In this document: one piece after another, positions 41,474-51,874 of the stretch
Layout: the number at the start of each line of letters is the position of its first letter
Position numbering within the stretch: the stretch's first letter is position 1
From: Elusimicrobiota bacterium
GTDB lineage: Bacteria > Elusimicrobiota > Elusimicrobia > UBA1565 > JACRDR01
Direction of reading: 5' to 3'
Assembly (NCBI GenBank): GCA_041694815.1
Contig: JBGFSC010000034.1
Coordinates: 1 to 64,000, forward strand
DNA length: 64,000 nucleotides
The notes under the pieces: generated by a model
Databases searched by the model: none
The model's input: only the letters and a program-made list of their open reading frames with translations
Told to the model about the DNA's origin: nothing
Translations under genes and position numbers: made by a program

Positions 41474-42091
41474 CTAAAGCGACTTTTCGGATTTGACCAT
41501 GGGTCCAAAAATTTTTTTCATTAAATTATCATAAATATCGTCTTCGCGACTCCAAGTAGGCCCATGATAACCGTGATAGCGTCGATTATTCTCGTCCGTA
41601 TACTTAACTTCCATAAAATCACGGCCTTTCCACACAATGATCAGCTTTTCCGGAGACGGGCCGACTAGAGAATAACTCAGAGGAAAGAAATATCCACTTT
41701 TGACTAAAAACGCTTTATAGATCAACCCTCCAATGCGGAATTCGCCCGTAAGGATGCGGATGGGAGGTTGATCTGGGCCTTGCTCTATCGTGCGATCTCC
41801 GAGTTTGGAAAAAACAATATCTAATTTGGCGATACGCTTATAAAAGCGTTCGATGGCAAGAGAATATTCCCGAGCCGCCTGTTTTTCTTCCGCCTCTTCC
41901 TTTTTCAGCAGTGCGGCATAATCGACATTGGGATCTGGATCAAGAAACCTCTCAAGAGCTTTTTCGAGGTGTTCCTTACGCTCCATCCTTCGATTTTTTG
42001 GACCCCCAGATTCCGCATGCAACGAGATAAGGAATATTAAATTCGGAAGTAAAAATATCGAAATAAAAACCGCGGTGTTATTCATCCCCAA
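41474..42091 (-). CDS. Hypothetical exported protein, low GC
   Basis: 205-aa ORF with signal-like N-terminus and GGAGG SD; AT-rich. Confidence 0.6.
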   Translation of the reverse strand: MGMNNTAVFISIFLLPNLIFLISLHAESGGPKNRRMERKEHLEKALERFLDPDPNVDYAALLKKEEAEEKQAAREYSLAIERFYKRIAKLDIVFSKLGDRTIEQGPDQPPIRILTGEFRIGGLIYKAFLVKSGYFFPLSYSLVGPSPEKLIIVWKGRDFMEVKYTDENNRRYHGYHGPTWSREDDIYDNLMKKIFGPMVKSEKSL

Positions 42092-42257
42092 ACCCTCCGT
42101 TTGGATAAGTATTGATGCGCGGGAAAGGCCCTGCCTGGGCCAAGCGGCCCATCAACCGTGGTCTTTTGGCCTATGAATCGTCTGACCCAAAGGACCTATG
42201 CGATACCGGATAGTGCCAATATAGCGGACCTGGAAGCAAAAATTTGTCAGCGGGGCG

Positions 42258-43442
42258 TCAGTCGCTTATCGGCTGTCGTGATGTCGAAGGATAGGAAATC
42301 CCTCTTAGGGCATGTATCTTAGCCAGCTGGGCCATGCTGTCTGAAGGATCGCGGGCCAGCGCCTTTTGGGCGAGCCTCAAGGCCGCCCGATGCTGCAGGC
42401 GCATCTCCAGGGCCAAGGCCTGCCGGCCCCAGAGCAGAGGCTCCTTCGAGGGAGCGATATTTTCGGTGGGCGATCCCTCGATCCAGGAGCAGGCTTCCTC
42501 GATCGGCGGCGCCGGGCGCTCTGTAGCGGGCGGCACGGCGACGCCCCCGCGCCCCTGGGCCCGCTTGAGCAGCACGGCCATGCGCCATGCGGTAAGGAAA
42601 TGCGGGCTCTCCTTGGGCACCAGCCGCAGCGAGCTTAAGGCCTGCCGATCTCGCCGCGCGAGGAACAAGACCACGGCATGTTCCAGCCTAAGCCTCGCAT
42701 CGGCGTCCTGGACCAACTCGAATATGCGTTCATAATCGGCCGCGGCCTCCTCGAAGCGCTCGAGCATGGCGTTGGCATGCGCTCGGCGCAACAGGAGTTC
42801 GGGCACTACCGAGCCGCGTCGGCGGAGGCGTTCCTCGACCAAGGAAAGCACCTGTCGCTCATCGGAGTCCGCCCCGTCCCAATCCCCCTTGCGGCGCCGT
42901 ATCTCGGCGCGCAATCCGTAAAAGCTCCAATCGCCGTAGGAGCCGCTGATGCCGCGAAGCACTCCCAGGCCTTGGCTTATGTCCTCGAGGGCCCCGGCGA
43001 GATCCCCCTTGTTGACCCTGGCCTGGGCTCGGTAAAAGTAGCACTCGGTGATCCCGTCGGGCTTGAGTTTGCCCAATTCAAGCGCGCGATTGAAATTCGA
43101 GATGGCCGCCGGATAGCGCTTGGACTCGAACTCCCAAAGGCCCAGCAGTCGGTACGGGTCCCCGCTGGCGGGATCGAAACGCATCGCGCGCCGCGCGTCG
43201 CGGTCCGATTTGGGGTCCTTGAGCCACAGGCGGGCCTCGCTGCGGCAGATATAGGCCGGAGCCCAATCCCCGCGCACCTCGAGGGCCTGATCGCAGCTCG
43301 ACAAGGCCCCGCTGTAATCGCCCCGCACGATGCGCTCATAGCCTTGCTCGACGAGCTTTTGCGCCCGCTGCGCGCGGGTCAGCGGGAACTCAAATCCGAG
43401 GGCCGGGAGGGAAATGACGATAAGGGCCGCGGGCGCGAGCAC
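42258..43442 (-). CDS. Exported TPR-repeat protein
   Basis: Signal peptide; multiple TPR-like helical repeats. Confidence 0.8.
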   Translation of the reverse strand: MLAPAALIVISLPALGFEFPLTRAQRAQKLVEQGYERIVRGDYSGALSSCDQALEVRGDWAPAYICRSEARLWLKDPKSDRDARRAMRFDPASGDPYRLLGLWEFESKRYPAAISNFNRALELGKLKPDGITECYFYRAQARVNKGDLAGALEDISQGLGVLRGISGSYGDWSFYGLRAEIRRRKGDWDGADSDERQVLSLVEERLRRRGSVVPELLLRRAHANAMLERFEEAAADYERIFELVQDADARLRLEHAVVLFLARRDRQALSSLRLVPKESPHFLTAWRMAVLLKRAQGRGGVAVPPATERPAPPIEEACSWIEGSPTENIAPSKEPLLWGRQALALEMRLQHRAALRLAQKALARDPSDSMAQLAKIHALRGISYPSTSRQPISD

Positions 43443-43472
43443 GCGATAGTGTAGGGCGATCGGGCCTGAAAT

Positions 43473-44279
43473 TCAATAGGCCTTGGGGATCGTCTTGGGG
43501 CGGTTATAGGGCCGCCTTACCCGGCGGCTGAGGAATTTATGGCCGAGCCAATCGTAGATGCCGTCCGGCAAATGCGCCAAGAAATACTTGACGGGGTAGG
43601 ACAGCTGCCAAGGGAAATGTACCACGCGCCGGCGCTTCTCGATGCCATCGAGGATGCGCGCGGCGCCGTCTTCCGTTTCCAGGAGGAAGGGCATCTGCCG
43701 GGGATCGTTGCGGTCGGTCATCTCGCTTTTGACGAAGCCCGGGCAAACCGTGACCACATCGACGCCGGTGCCGATGAGGTCAATGCGGGTCGCCTCCAGC
43801 ATCGCGTTGAGGGCCGCCTTGCTGGAGCAGTAGGAGCCGGAATTGGGCAGGCCCCGCCAGCCGGCGATGCTGGAGATGCCGGCGATGACCCCGGACCCCG
43901 CCGCGAGCATGTCGGGGAGCACCGCCTCGATCCAATGCGCGACGCCGAACACGTTGATCGAGAAGGTCCAGCGGTAATCCTCCGCGGAGAACTCGCGCGC
44001 GTTCTTGGAATCTCCGACCCCCGCGTTGAGTATCGCCCAGTCGAGCCCGTTCCAGCGGGACTTGATCTCGGCGTAGTGCTTCCGGACTGCCTCGGGATCG
44101 CTCACGTCTCCGACGAGGACCAGGCACTCTCCGCCCGCCGCCTCGACCGCTCGGGCGGCCTCCAGCAACAGTTCCTCCCGGCGTCCCGTGATTGCCACCC
44201 GCGATCCCCGCCGGCCCAATTGGACGGCCATGGCGCGGCCGAGGCCGGAGCTGGCCCCGGTGACGAGGACGCGCCTCAC
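43473..44279 (-). CDS. SDR-family oxidoreductase
   Basis: TGASSGLG, LNAG, YCSSK, PGFVKS; GTGA overlap with nuoN. Confidence 0.93.
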   Translation of the reverse strand: MRRVLVTGASSGLGRAMAVQLGRRGSRVAITGRREELLLEAARAVEAAGGECLVLVGDVSDPEAVRKHYAEIKSRWNGLDWAILNAGVGDSKNAREFSAEDYRWTFSINVFGVAHWIEAVLPDMLAAGSGVIAGISSIAGWRGLPNSGSYCSSKAALNAMLEATRIDLIGTGVDVVTVCPGFVKSEMTDRNDPRQMPFLLETEDGAARILDGIEKRRRVVHFPWQLSYPVKYFLAHLPDGIYDWLGHKFLSRRVRRPYNRPKTIPKAY

Positions 44280-45694
44280 CGGACCTGCGCGGAGAGGCGA
44301 ACGCCGGCGATGAAGGGGTCGGGGTAGAGGCCGATCAGGAATATGGCCGCGGCGGCCAAGGCGAGCCCCGAGTAGAGGTAGAGGCTGGCGGGGACCGGCT
44401 GCGCCTTGCGCGCGGGCTTAAAGAACATGTGGTAGGTGATGCGTAGGTAATAATAAACGGAGACGACGCTGTTGAGCACGCCGACGGCGGCTAGGAGGTA
44501 GAGCTTCTCCTTCATGGCGGCGGCGAACACATAAAACTTGGCGATGAAGCCGGCCATCGGCGGTATTCCCGCCAAGGAGAGCAGGAAGAAGCTCATGAGC
44601 AGCGCGACGGGAAGATTTCGCGTCGCCAAACCGTCGTAGGCCTCCAGCTCGTAGGAGTCCTCGTTTCCGATGAGGATGGCCACGGCGAAGGCGCCGATGT
44701 TCATGAATACGTAGACGAGGCAGTAGAGCAGGAGGCCTTCCATTCCCGTCTTGCCGCCAGCGACGAAGCCGATGAGCATGTAGCCGGCCTGGGCTATCGA
44801 GGAATAGGCCAAAAGGCGCTTGACGTTCGTCTGGAATATCGCGGTAAGGTTGCCCACCGTCATCGTCAGCATCGCCAAGAACGAGAAGAGGGCGGTGAGC
44901 TCCAGTCCGCCGACCGGGATAAGCACGAGGAAGACCCGCAGCATCACCGCCAACGCGGCCACCTTGGGGGCTATGGAAAGGTAAGCCGTGACCGGGGTCG
45001 GTGCTCCCTCGTAGGCGTCCGGCACCCAGAGGTGGAAGGGAGCCAAGGAGGCCTTAAAGCCGAAGCCCACGGTCAACAGCAGCACCGAAAGGAGGAACAC
45101 GGGGCCTCCGGGAGCCTTGAGGGCCGTCAGGTTGGTGGTCCCAGTCGTCCCGTAGAACAGGGAGATGCCATAGAGCATGAGCGCCGATGAGAAGGCCCCG
45201 ATGAGGAAGTACTTGATCGCTCCCTCGTTGGACTTGAGGCTCTTGCGCTCGAAGCCCGCGAGGATGAAGGAGGAGATTGAGATGAGCTCCAGGCTCAGGA
45301 AGATGAGCAGCAGGTCCACGGCGGAGACAAGTAGCATCATGCCGGTGGTCGCGAGCATGACCAGGGCGGCGAAAGAGCCCAGATGCGTTCGGGACTCCGT
45401 CGCGTAATCGAGGGTAAGCAGTAGGGCCAATATGGTCGTGACCAGCACGATGATCTTAAAGAACACGCTCAGGGGGTCGAGCACCCACAAGGAGCCCGAG
45501 CTTCCTCCGCCCGCCTGCAAGGCCGGGTCCGAATAGGTGATGCCGATCATGCCCAAGGTCAGGGCCGCGCATAGGATGCCGACGTGGAAGAGGCCCTTGC
45601 CGTAGGAGCTGGGCGTCCAAAGGTCGGCCAAAAGCAGCAGCAGCGACAGCACCGCCAAGAGAATCTCCGGATAAAGAAGGTGTATCCCGGTCAT
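44276..45694 (-). CDS. nuoN: Complex I subunit N
   Basis: EGAIKYF, GFK..PFHLWVPDAYEGAP, KRLLAYSS. Confidence 0.95.
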   Translation of the reverse strand: MTGIHLLYPEILLAVLSLLLLLADLWTPSSYGKGLFHVGILCAALTLGMIGITYSDPALQAGGGSSGSLWVLDPLSVFFKIIVLVTTILALLLTLDYATESRTHLGSFAALVMLATTGMMLLVSAVDLLLIFLSLELISISSFILAGFERKSLKSNEGAIKYFLIGAFSSALMLYGISLFYGTTGTTNLTALKAPGGPVFLLSVLLLTVGFGFKASLAPFHLWVPDAYEGAPTPVTAYLSIAPKVAALAVMLRVFLVLIPVGGLELTALFSFLAMLTMTVGNLTAIFQTNVKRLLAYSSIAQAGYMLIGFVAGGKTGMEGLLLYCLVYVFMNIGAFAVAILIGNEDSYELEAYDGLATRNLPVALLMSFFLLSLAGIPPMAGFIAKFYVFAAAMKEKLYLLAAVGVLNSVVSVYYYLRITYHMFFKPARKAQPVPASLYLYSGLALAAAAIFLIGLYPDPFIAGVRLSAQVR

Positions 45695-47172
45695 TTGTTG
45701 AAGAGGGGTGCCAGGATATTGACCATGTTATTGATCGTCGGATTCATCAAATCCAAGGCCGCGCGGGGCCAAACGCCCAAATACACCGTCAAGACGGTCA
45801 AGGGAAGCACGGCGGCAAGCTCGCGTGCGTTGATCTCTTCTAATGATGCCCACTTGGTGTTCAGCGGGCCCAAGAAGACCTTTTGGATCATCCGCAGGAA
45901 AAAAGCCGCGGTGACCAGCACTCCGGTGACGGCTAGGATCGCGAAGATGGGGAATCGCTGGAAAGCCCCTAAGAAGCAGAAGAACTCCCCGAAGAAACCC
46001 GCCAGCCCGGGCAGGCCGAGGGAGGCGAAGCAGGTAAGCGTCATGAGCCCCGCGTAGACCGGCACCCGGGCAGCTAGGCCGCCGAAGGCGGAGATGTCCC
46101 GGGTATGCGCGCGGTCATAGACGACGCCGACGAGCAAGAAGAGGGCTCCCGTGATGAGTCCATGCGCGACCATCTGCAGCATGGCCCCGTTGAACCCGGT
46201 GGAGGAGACCGCGGCCAATCCCAGCAGGACATAGCCCATGTGGTTGACCGAGGAATAGGCGACCATCTTCTTCATGTCGGTCTGCGCCATCGCGCAGAGG
46301 GCGCCGTAGATGATCCCGATCGTGGCGATGACGAGGAGGTAGGGGATGAACCATTTAAACCCCAGGGGCAAGACGGCGTAGGAAACGCGCAATAGTCCGT
46401 AGCCGCCCATCTTGAGCAAGACCCCGGCGAGGATCACGCTCACCGCGGTCGGGGCCTCCACGTGGGCCAAGGGCAGCCAGGTGTGGAAGGGGAAGGCCGG
46501 CACCTTGATCGCGAATCCCAGGTAGAAGGCCAAAAAGGCCATGATCTGGAAATGTTCCGTCCAGCCCGGGTGCATCTTGGCCAGTTCGACGAGATCGAAG
46601 GTATGGGGAGCGGAATTGAAATACAAGGCTAGGATTCCCAGCAGCATGAATACCGAGCCGAAGAGGGTGTAGAGGAAGAACTTGATCGCGGCGAACTCCT
46701 TTTTGGGGCCGCCCCAGACGCCGATAAGGAAATACATGGGCACGAGCGTCAATTCCCAGAAAATGTAGAAGAGGATGAGGTCCAGGGCGGCGAAAACCCC
46801 GAGCATGCCCACGTCCAGCAGCAGGAACCAGAAAAAGTACTCCTTGACCCTCTCCTGGATGCTCAAAGAAAAAATCAAGGACAGCAACGTGAGCAACGTC
46901 GTCAGCAGCAGCAGGGGCAGCGAGAGGCCGTCGACGCCGAGGAAGTATTGGATATTGAAGGTGGGTATCCAGGCATGCCTCTCGACGAGCTGCATGCCGG
47001 TGGCCGATTCCGCGGTGCTAAAGAACGCCAGCGCGACGAGGGAAAGCAGGAAGGAAATTCCGGCGGCCCCCAACGCGGTCGCGCGGATAGCCGTGACCTT
47101 TTCCTTCGGGATGAAAAGCACGGCGACGGCTCCGATAAGCGGCGTGAAGATGATCCAGCTAAGAAGGTTCAT
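45691..47172 (-). CDS. nuoM: Complex I subunit M
   Basis: LGVDGLS, FWE, PFHTWLPLAHVEAPT, LLKMGGYG. Confidence 0.96.
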   Translation of the reverse strand: MNLLSWIIFTPLIGAVAVLFIPKEKVTAIRATALGAAGISFLLSLVALAFFSTAESATGMQLVERHAWIPTFNIQYFLGVDGLSLPLLLLTTLLTLLSLIFSLSIQERVKEYFFWFLLLDVGMLGVFAALDLILFYIFWELTLVPMYFLIGVWGGPKKEFAAIKFFLYTLFGSVFMLLGILALYFNSAPHTFDLVELAKMHPGWTEHFQIMAFLAFYLGFAIKVPAFPFHTWLPLAHVEAPTAVSVILAGVLLKMGGYGLLRVSYAVLPLGFKWFIPYLLVIATIGIIYGALCAMAQTDMKKMVAYSSVNHMGYVLLGLAAVSSTGFNGAMLQMVAHGLITGALFLLVGVVYDRAHTRDISAFGGLAARVPVYAGLMTLTCFASLGLPGLAGFFGEFFCFLGAFQRFPIFAILAVTGVLVTAAFFLRMIQKVFLGPLNTKWASLEEINARELAAVLPLTVLTVYLGVWPRAALDLMNPTINNMVNILAPLFNK

Positions 47173-47185
47173 GTTTTATTCCCCA

Positions 47186-49135
47186 TCAATGGATTAAGGT
47201 AAGCATCGCGAAAAGGCTGGCGGCCATGGCGACGTAAAGTAGGTACTCTTGGACCTGACCCCGAACGAGGCCGCGCAGTCCTCCTCCCGCCCATCCGGTG
47301 ACCGTCCCGGTGAGATCCACCGCGCCGTCGATAAATAGCGTGTCGATGAAGTTTTGTATCTCGGCCAACAGCAAACAGATCAATCCCCAAGCATCGACGA
47401 AGACTCGGTCTATGATCCGCTCGTCGATCCAAAAGCAGATCCGCGCCAGCACGTCGGATCCCTTGACCAACAGTAGGAAGAAATCGTCGAAGCCGTAGCG
47501 ATTCTCGAGCAGGGTAAAAATCGGGGACATCTTCGCCTTCAGATCGGCCGCGACGGCGAAATCCCCCCGGCCGTAGAGCCAATACGAGAGGCCCGCCGCC
47601 CCGGCGAACACGGCCAAGGCGGACCAAAGAAGGAATCCGGGGTGATGGCCCCCGTGCGAGGCTTCCGGAAGATGCACCAAGGCCTCGAAGGCGCCTGTAT
47701 GACTGAGCAGGAATCCAGCGAGCGCCGACAGGACGGCCAGCACCCAAAGGGGAACCGTCATCACCGATGGGGATTCATGGGCGTGGTCATGCTTGGCGAT
47801 GTCCCGAGGGTTTCCCGCGAAGGTCATGAACATCATCCGGAACATGTAGAACGTGGTCAGACCAGCGGTAAGCAGGGCCACGGCCCACATCAACGGGCTA
47901 TGCCCATAGACGGCGGCCAGTATGGCCTCCTTCGAGTAGAATCCGGAGAATCCCGGGAAGCCCGTGATGGCCAAGGTCGCGATGGCCATGGTCACGGAGG
48001 TGCTCAGCATCTTTTTCGACAGTCCGCCCATCTCGCGCATGTCGTTAGTATGCATGGCGTGGATGACGGAGCCGGCGCCCAGAAACAGGAGGGCCTTGAA
48101 GAAGGCGTGCGTGGTCAAATGGAAGAGCGCGGCGGTGTAGCCGGCCGCGCCAACCCCCAGGCCCAGCATCATGTAACCGAGCTGGCTGACGGTGGAGAAG
48201 GCCAGTACGCGCTTGATATCGTAGGCCACCAAGGCCATTGTCGCGGCCATGAAGGCCGTCAGCAGGCCGACCCACGCCACGATGTCGGAAGCCAAGGGGC
48301 TGGCGGCGTAGAGGAACTGGGTGCGGGCGACCAGGAATATGCCCGCGGCGACCATCGTCGCGGCATGGATCAACGCGGAAACCGGGGTCGGGCCCTCCAT
48401 GGCGTCGGGCAGCCAGATGAACAACGGGACCTGCGCGGATTTACCAATGGCTCCACAGAGCAGCAGCAGGCCGGCGGCCGTGGCCACCTCGACCGGGAGG
48501 GCCACGGCTCCCATCGACGCCCGCTGGGCGAGCATCGGGATTTCGAAGGTCCCGGCATAGGCGAACAAGAGCAGAAGGCCGAGATAGAATCCCAGGTCGC
48601 CGAGCTTGGTGGTGATGAAGGCTTTTTTGGAGGCGTAGGCCGGGCCGGGCTTCTCGAACCAGAATCCGATAAGCAGGTAGCTGGAGACCCCCATGAGCTC
48701 CCAGCAGGCGAAGACGACCAATAAGTTGCTCGAGAGCACCAGGCCGAGCATAGAAGCCGTGAAGAAGCCGACGTACGCGTAAAAACGCTTGAAGCGGGTG
48801 TCGCCGTGCATGTAGCCCAGCGAATAGATCTGGACCAGGAGGCTGACCAACGTGACGACGAAGGTCATGAAGACGGCCGGGCCGTCGAGCAGAAGCCCCA
48901 GCGAGACGGGGTAGTCCCCGAACGTGAACCACGGCAGGGAGGGCGCCGGATAAGGCATGGACACCTGATGGGTCAGGGCCTTGTACAGGATGCTGCAGGA
49001 GTCCAACCAGCAGAAGCCCATCGCCCCGATGGATAGCAACGGCATGTTGGACTTGGGACCCTCCTTGCCGAACAGGAGGACGATGATGGAGGCGATCAGC
49101 GGGACCAGGGGGATCAGGTAGGCGTGGTCAATCAT
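47186..49135 (-). CDS. nuoL: Complex I subunit L
   Basis: WLPDAMEGPTPVSALIHAATMV, HAFFKALLFL. Confidence 0.96.
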   Translation of the reverse strand: MIDHAYLIPLVPLIASIIVLLFGKEGPKSNMPLLSIGAMGFCWLDSCSILYKALTHQVSMPYPAPSLPWFTFGDYPVSLGLLLDGPAVFMTFVVTLVSLLVQIYSLGYMHGDTRFKRFYAYVGFFTASMLGLVLSSNLLVVFACWELMGVSSYLLIGFWFEKPGPAYASKKAFITTKLGDLGFYLGLLLLFAYAGTFEIPMLAQRASMGAVALPVEVATAAGLLLLCGAIGKSAQVPLFIWLPDAMEGPTPVSALIHAATMVAAGIFLVARTQFLYAASPLASDIVAWVGLLTAFMAATMALVAYDIKRVLAFSTVSQLGYMMLGLGVGAAGYTAALFHLTTHAFFKALLFLGAGSVIHAMHTNDMREMGGLSKKMLSTSVTMAIATLAITGFPGFSGFYSKEAILAAVYGHSPLMWAVALLTAGLTTFYMFRMMFMTFAGNPRDIAKHDHAHESPSVMTVPLWVLAVLSALAGFLLSHTGAFEALVHLPEASHGGHHPGFLLWSALAVFAGAAGLSYWLYGRGDFAVAADLKAKMSPIFTLLENRYGFDDFFLLLVKGSDVLARICFWIDERIIDRVFVDAWGLICLLLAEIQNFIDTLFIDGAVDLTGTVTGWAGGGLRGLVRGQVQEYLLYVAMAASLFAMLTLIH

Positions 49136-49150
49136 GGCGTGGCGTTTCCA

Positions 49151-49456
49151 TTAGCCCTTGAGCAGGTTATAGTCCTCGGCATAGACGGTGTTGAGCTTGC
49201 GGTAGATGGCCAGCACCAGTGCCAGCCCCACGACCACCTCAGCCGCCGCGATGGTGATGTTGAAAATCGTCACGGCCTGCCCGAGAAGCCGGTCCGGGTG
49301 CAGGAACCGGTTAAAGGCGACGAAGTTGATATTCGCGGCGTTAAACATCAGCTCGATCGACATCAGGATCCCGATCACGTTGCGGCGGGTCAAGGCCCCG
49401 AAGAGCCCGATCGCGAACAGGCCGGCGCCGAGGGCGAGATAGTGGGTGAGCGTCAT
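49151..49456 (-). CDS. nuoK: Complex I subunit K
   Basis: RRN..MSIELM..AAAE. Confidence 0.96.
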   Translation of the reverse strand: MTLTHYLALGAGLFAIGLFGALTRRNVIGILMSIELMFNAANINFVAFNRFLHPDRLLGQAVTIFNITIAAAEVVVGLALVLAIYRKLNTVYAEDYNLLKG

Positions 49457-49941
49457 TCGGCCTCCGCCCGCGAGAAGAGGATCGCGCCCACGAGGGCCGC
49501 GAGCAGCACCAGCGAGATCAATTCGAAGGGCACCGCGAGATCGGTCAACAATAACCGCGCGATTTTCGCGGTACCCGGCTCGGGGCCCGCGGCGAGGGTC
49601 ACCGAGCGGTACGCCTTAAGCCCCCTGAGGAGCCCGAAGAGCGTCACGCCGCAGACGAGCAGCGCGGCCAGCCATTGGGCGTTGCTCTGGCGCAGGACTA
49701 AGTCGGAATGGCGGGCCGCCAGGAGAACGACGAAGAGCACCAGCACGTTGATGCCGCCGACATAGATGAGGATCTGCGAGGCAAAGACAAAATCGGCGCC
49801 GAGCAGCGCGAAGATCCCGGAGACCCCCAGGAGGCTCACGCCGAGCATCAGTGCGGAATGCAGTACGTTGCGGAAGGTCACGACGCAGAATGCGGCGCCC
49901 AAGGTCATCACGGCGAAGGTGTAGAAGGCGACCCAAGTCAT
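49453..49941 (-). CDS. nuoJ: Complex I subunit J
   Basis: NVLHSAL, QILIYVGG, PFELIS; ATG at 49941. Confidence 0.93.
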   Translation of the reverse strand: MTWVAFYTFAVMTLGAAFCVVTFRNVLHSALMLGVSLLGVSGIFALLGADFVFASQILIYVGGINVLVLFVVLLAARHSDLVLRQSNAQWLAALLVCGVTLFGLLRGLKAYRSVTLAAGPEPGTAKIARLLLTDLAVPFELISLVLLAALVGAILFSRAEAE

Positions 49942-49942
49942 C

Positions 49943-50452
49943 CTAGCGCCGGGCCTGCACGGTTTGGATCTGCATCTGCCACTCGGGGGCCAGCCATTGC
50001 TTGAGTTTACGGTTGAAATACTTGCCCACGAAATCGAAGTCCTTCTTCCAGCCCCGTACCATCTCGTCCCGGTTGGCGAAGACCAGCTCGTAATCGAGGG
50101 AATGCCAGACGGACTTGGGCTTGGTGGGGCAGGCCTCCTCGCAGAGCCGGCAGAAATTGCACTTGCCGAAGTCAATCGTATACCAGTTTACCTTGGCGAT
50201 CTTCTTGCCCGCCTCGTTGACCGCGTTCTCTAAATCGATGCAAGAGGAAGGGCAGGCCTTCACGCAGAGCGAGCAGGAGATGCAGGTCTCGACGTCGAAG
50301 AGCAGCGCCCCGCGGAAGCGCTCGAAAGGCACGAGTTTTTCCTGGGGGTATTGGACCGTGATCGAAGGCTTCCACAAGTAGCGGAAGGTTATCCAAAGCC
50401 CCTTGCAGATGTTGGCGGCCGCCGCGGCGACGTCCTTGAAATAATCGATCAT
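49943..50452 (-). CDS. nuoI: Complex I subunit I
   Basis: TVQYP, CISCSLCVKACP, CNFCRLCEEACP. Confidence 0.95.
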   Translation of the reverse strand: MIDYFKDVAAAAANICKGLWITFRYLWKPSITVQYPQEKLVPFERFRGALLFDVETCISCSLCVKACPSSCIDLENAVNEAGKKIAKVNWYTIDFGKCNFCRLCEEACPTKPKSVWHSLDYELVFANRDEMVRGWKKDFDFVGKYFNRKLKQWLAPEWQMQIQTVQARR

Positions 50453-50503
50453 GTCACTGCCTCCCCCACGGGGAGGTAAGTAGCCGAAGGGGACTAATCG
50501 TTT

Positions 50504-51874
50504 TCATATTAATAGATATATGCTCGCCAAGGCGATATTCACGAAACTCCAGGGTAGCAAGAACTTCCAATTGAAATCCATGAGGCGGTCGACCCTAAAG
50601 CGCGGGAAGGTCCAGCGGAACCATAGGAAGCAGAAGACGATCCCCAGGGTCTTGGCCAGAAACCAAGCCCAGCTCGGGATCCAGGTCCAGGGGGCCCAGG
50701 GCAGGGGAGAGCCACCTCCTCCCATGAAAAAGGCCGCCGTCAGACAGGAGGCCAGCAGCACATAAGCGTACTCCGCCAGGAAGAAGAGCGAGAATTTCAT
50801 CCCGGAGAATTCCGTGTGGAATCCCGCGACCAGCTCCGATTCGGCCTCCGGAATGTCGAAGGGGACTCGGTTGGTCTCGGCGACGGAGGCGATGAGGAAG
50901 ATCAGGAAGGAAATCTGGCCTACCACGGGATAAAAGATGTACCAGCGGGGAATCACGCCGAACCAATACCCGGCCTGGGAATCGGCGATGCGTGTGAGGT
51001 TGAGGCTGCCGGCGAACATCAGCACGGGAACGATCGAGAAGGAGCGGGGCAGCTCGTAGCTGACCAGCTGGGCGGCGGAACGAAGCCCCCCCAGCAGGGA
51101 GTACTTGTTGCCTGAGGCCCATCCCGCCATGACGATGCCGATGACGGAAACCCCGGCGACCGCGAAGATATAGAGCACCCCGACGTCGATGTCGGCGGCC
51201 GCCAGCTCTCGGCCGAAGCTAATCGGCGCGAAGGCCAGGATCGCCGGGATGACCACGATCACGGGCGCTAAGCGATGCACCCATCGGTCCGCGGCGATAG
51301 GCGTAATGTCTTCCTTAAATAGGAGTTTGATCCCGTCGGCGACGGTCTGCAGCCACCCGTGCCAGCCTCCGACCGTCATGGGACCCAGGCGGCTTTGGAT
51401 ATGGGCGGAGATTTTGCGCTCCCACCAGACGAGGAAGATCGGCGCGACCAGGATGATATGCAAAACAACGAGCACCTTGAGCAGTATCCAAACCCCGCTC
51501 GCCGCGAAAGAGGAGGAGAGCAGCCCGGAAACCGCCGATTGGAGGAGAGCGCCCCACGGGGCCAATTCCCCGACGGCCGCCGTGAGCCCGAAGGCCCCCA
51601 GCAGCAGCGCGCCCAAGGCCAGCGCGCCTCGGCGATAAGAGCGCAAGGACCAAGGAGCCTTCCAACGTTGGGTGGGCCAATAACGGTCATGGGTCAAAAG
51701 GGCGCCCTTGTAAGCGGGGTTGAACACGGGCTCCTTGATCTCCACCTTGGGTTTCGGCGCCGGCTTGGCGGGCGCGGCAGGGGCCGGCGGCACGACGGCG
51801 GCGGCGGGCGGAACCTTCGCGGAGGAGCCGTTGGAGGCGGCGTGCTTATCGGCGGGGTTCTTGGGAGCGCTCAT
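50504..51874 (-). CDS. nuoH: Complex I subunit H with ~125-aa N-terminal extension
   Basis: ERKISAHIQSRLGP, ADGIKLLFKE, ETNRVPFDIPEAESELV; TGATG coupling to nuoD. Confidence 0.95.
   Translation of the reverse strand: MSAPKNPADKHAASNGSSAKVPPAAAVVPPAPAAPAKPAPKPKVEIKEPVFNPAYKGALLTHDRYWPTQRWKAPWSLRSYRRGALALGALLLGAFGLTAAVGELAPWGALLQSAVSGLLSSSFAASGVWILLKVLVVLHIILVAPIFLVWWERKISAHIQSRLGPMTVGGWHGWLQTVADGIKLLFKEDITPIAADRWVHRLAPVIVVIPAILAFAPISFGRELAAADIDVGVLYIFAVAGVSVIGIVMAGWASGNKYSLLGGLRSAAQLVSYELPRSFSIVPVLMFAGSLNLTRIADSQAGYWFGVIPRWYIFYPVVGQISFLIFLIASVAETNRVPFDIPEAESELVAGFHTEFSGMKFSLFFLAEYAYVLLASCLTAAFFMGGGGSPLPWAPWTWIPSWAWFLAKTLGIVFCFLWFRWTFPRFRVDRLMDFNWKFLLPWSFVNIALASIYLLI

Noticed and set aside
50461..50475. 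Hairpin CTCCCC-CAC-GGGGAG between nuoH and nuoI as a terminator
   Set aside because: No U-tract and it overlaps the nuoI SD; too weak to call
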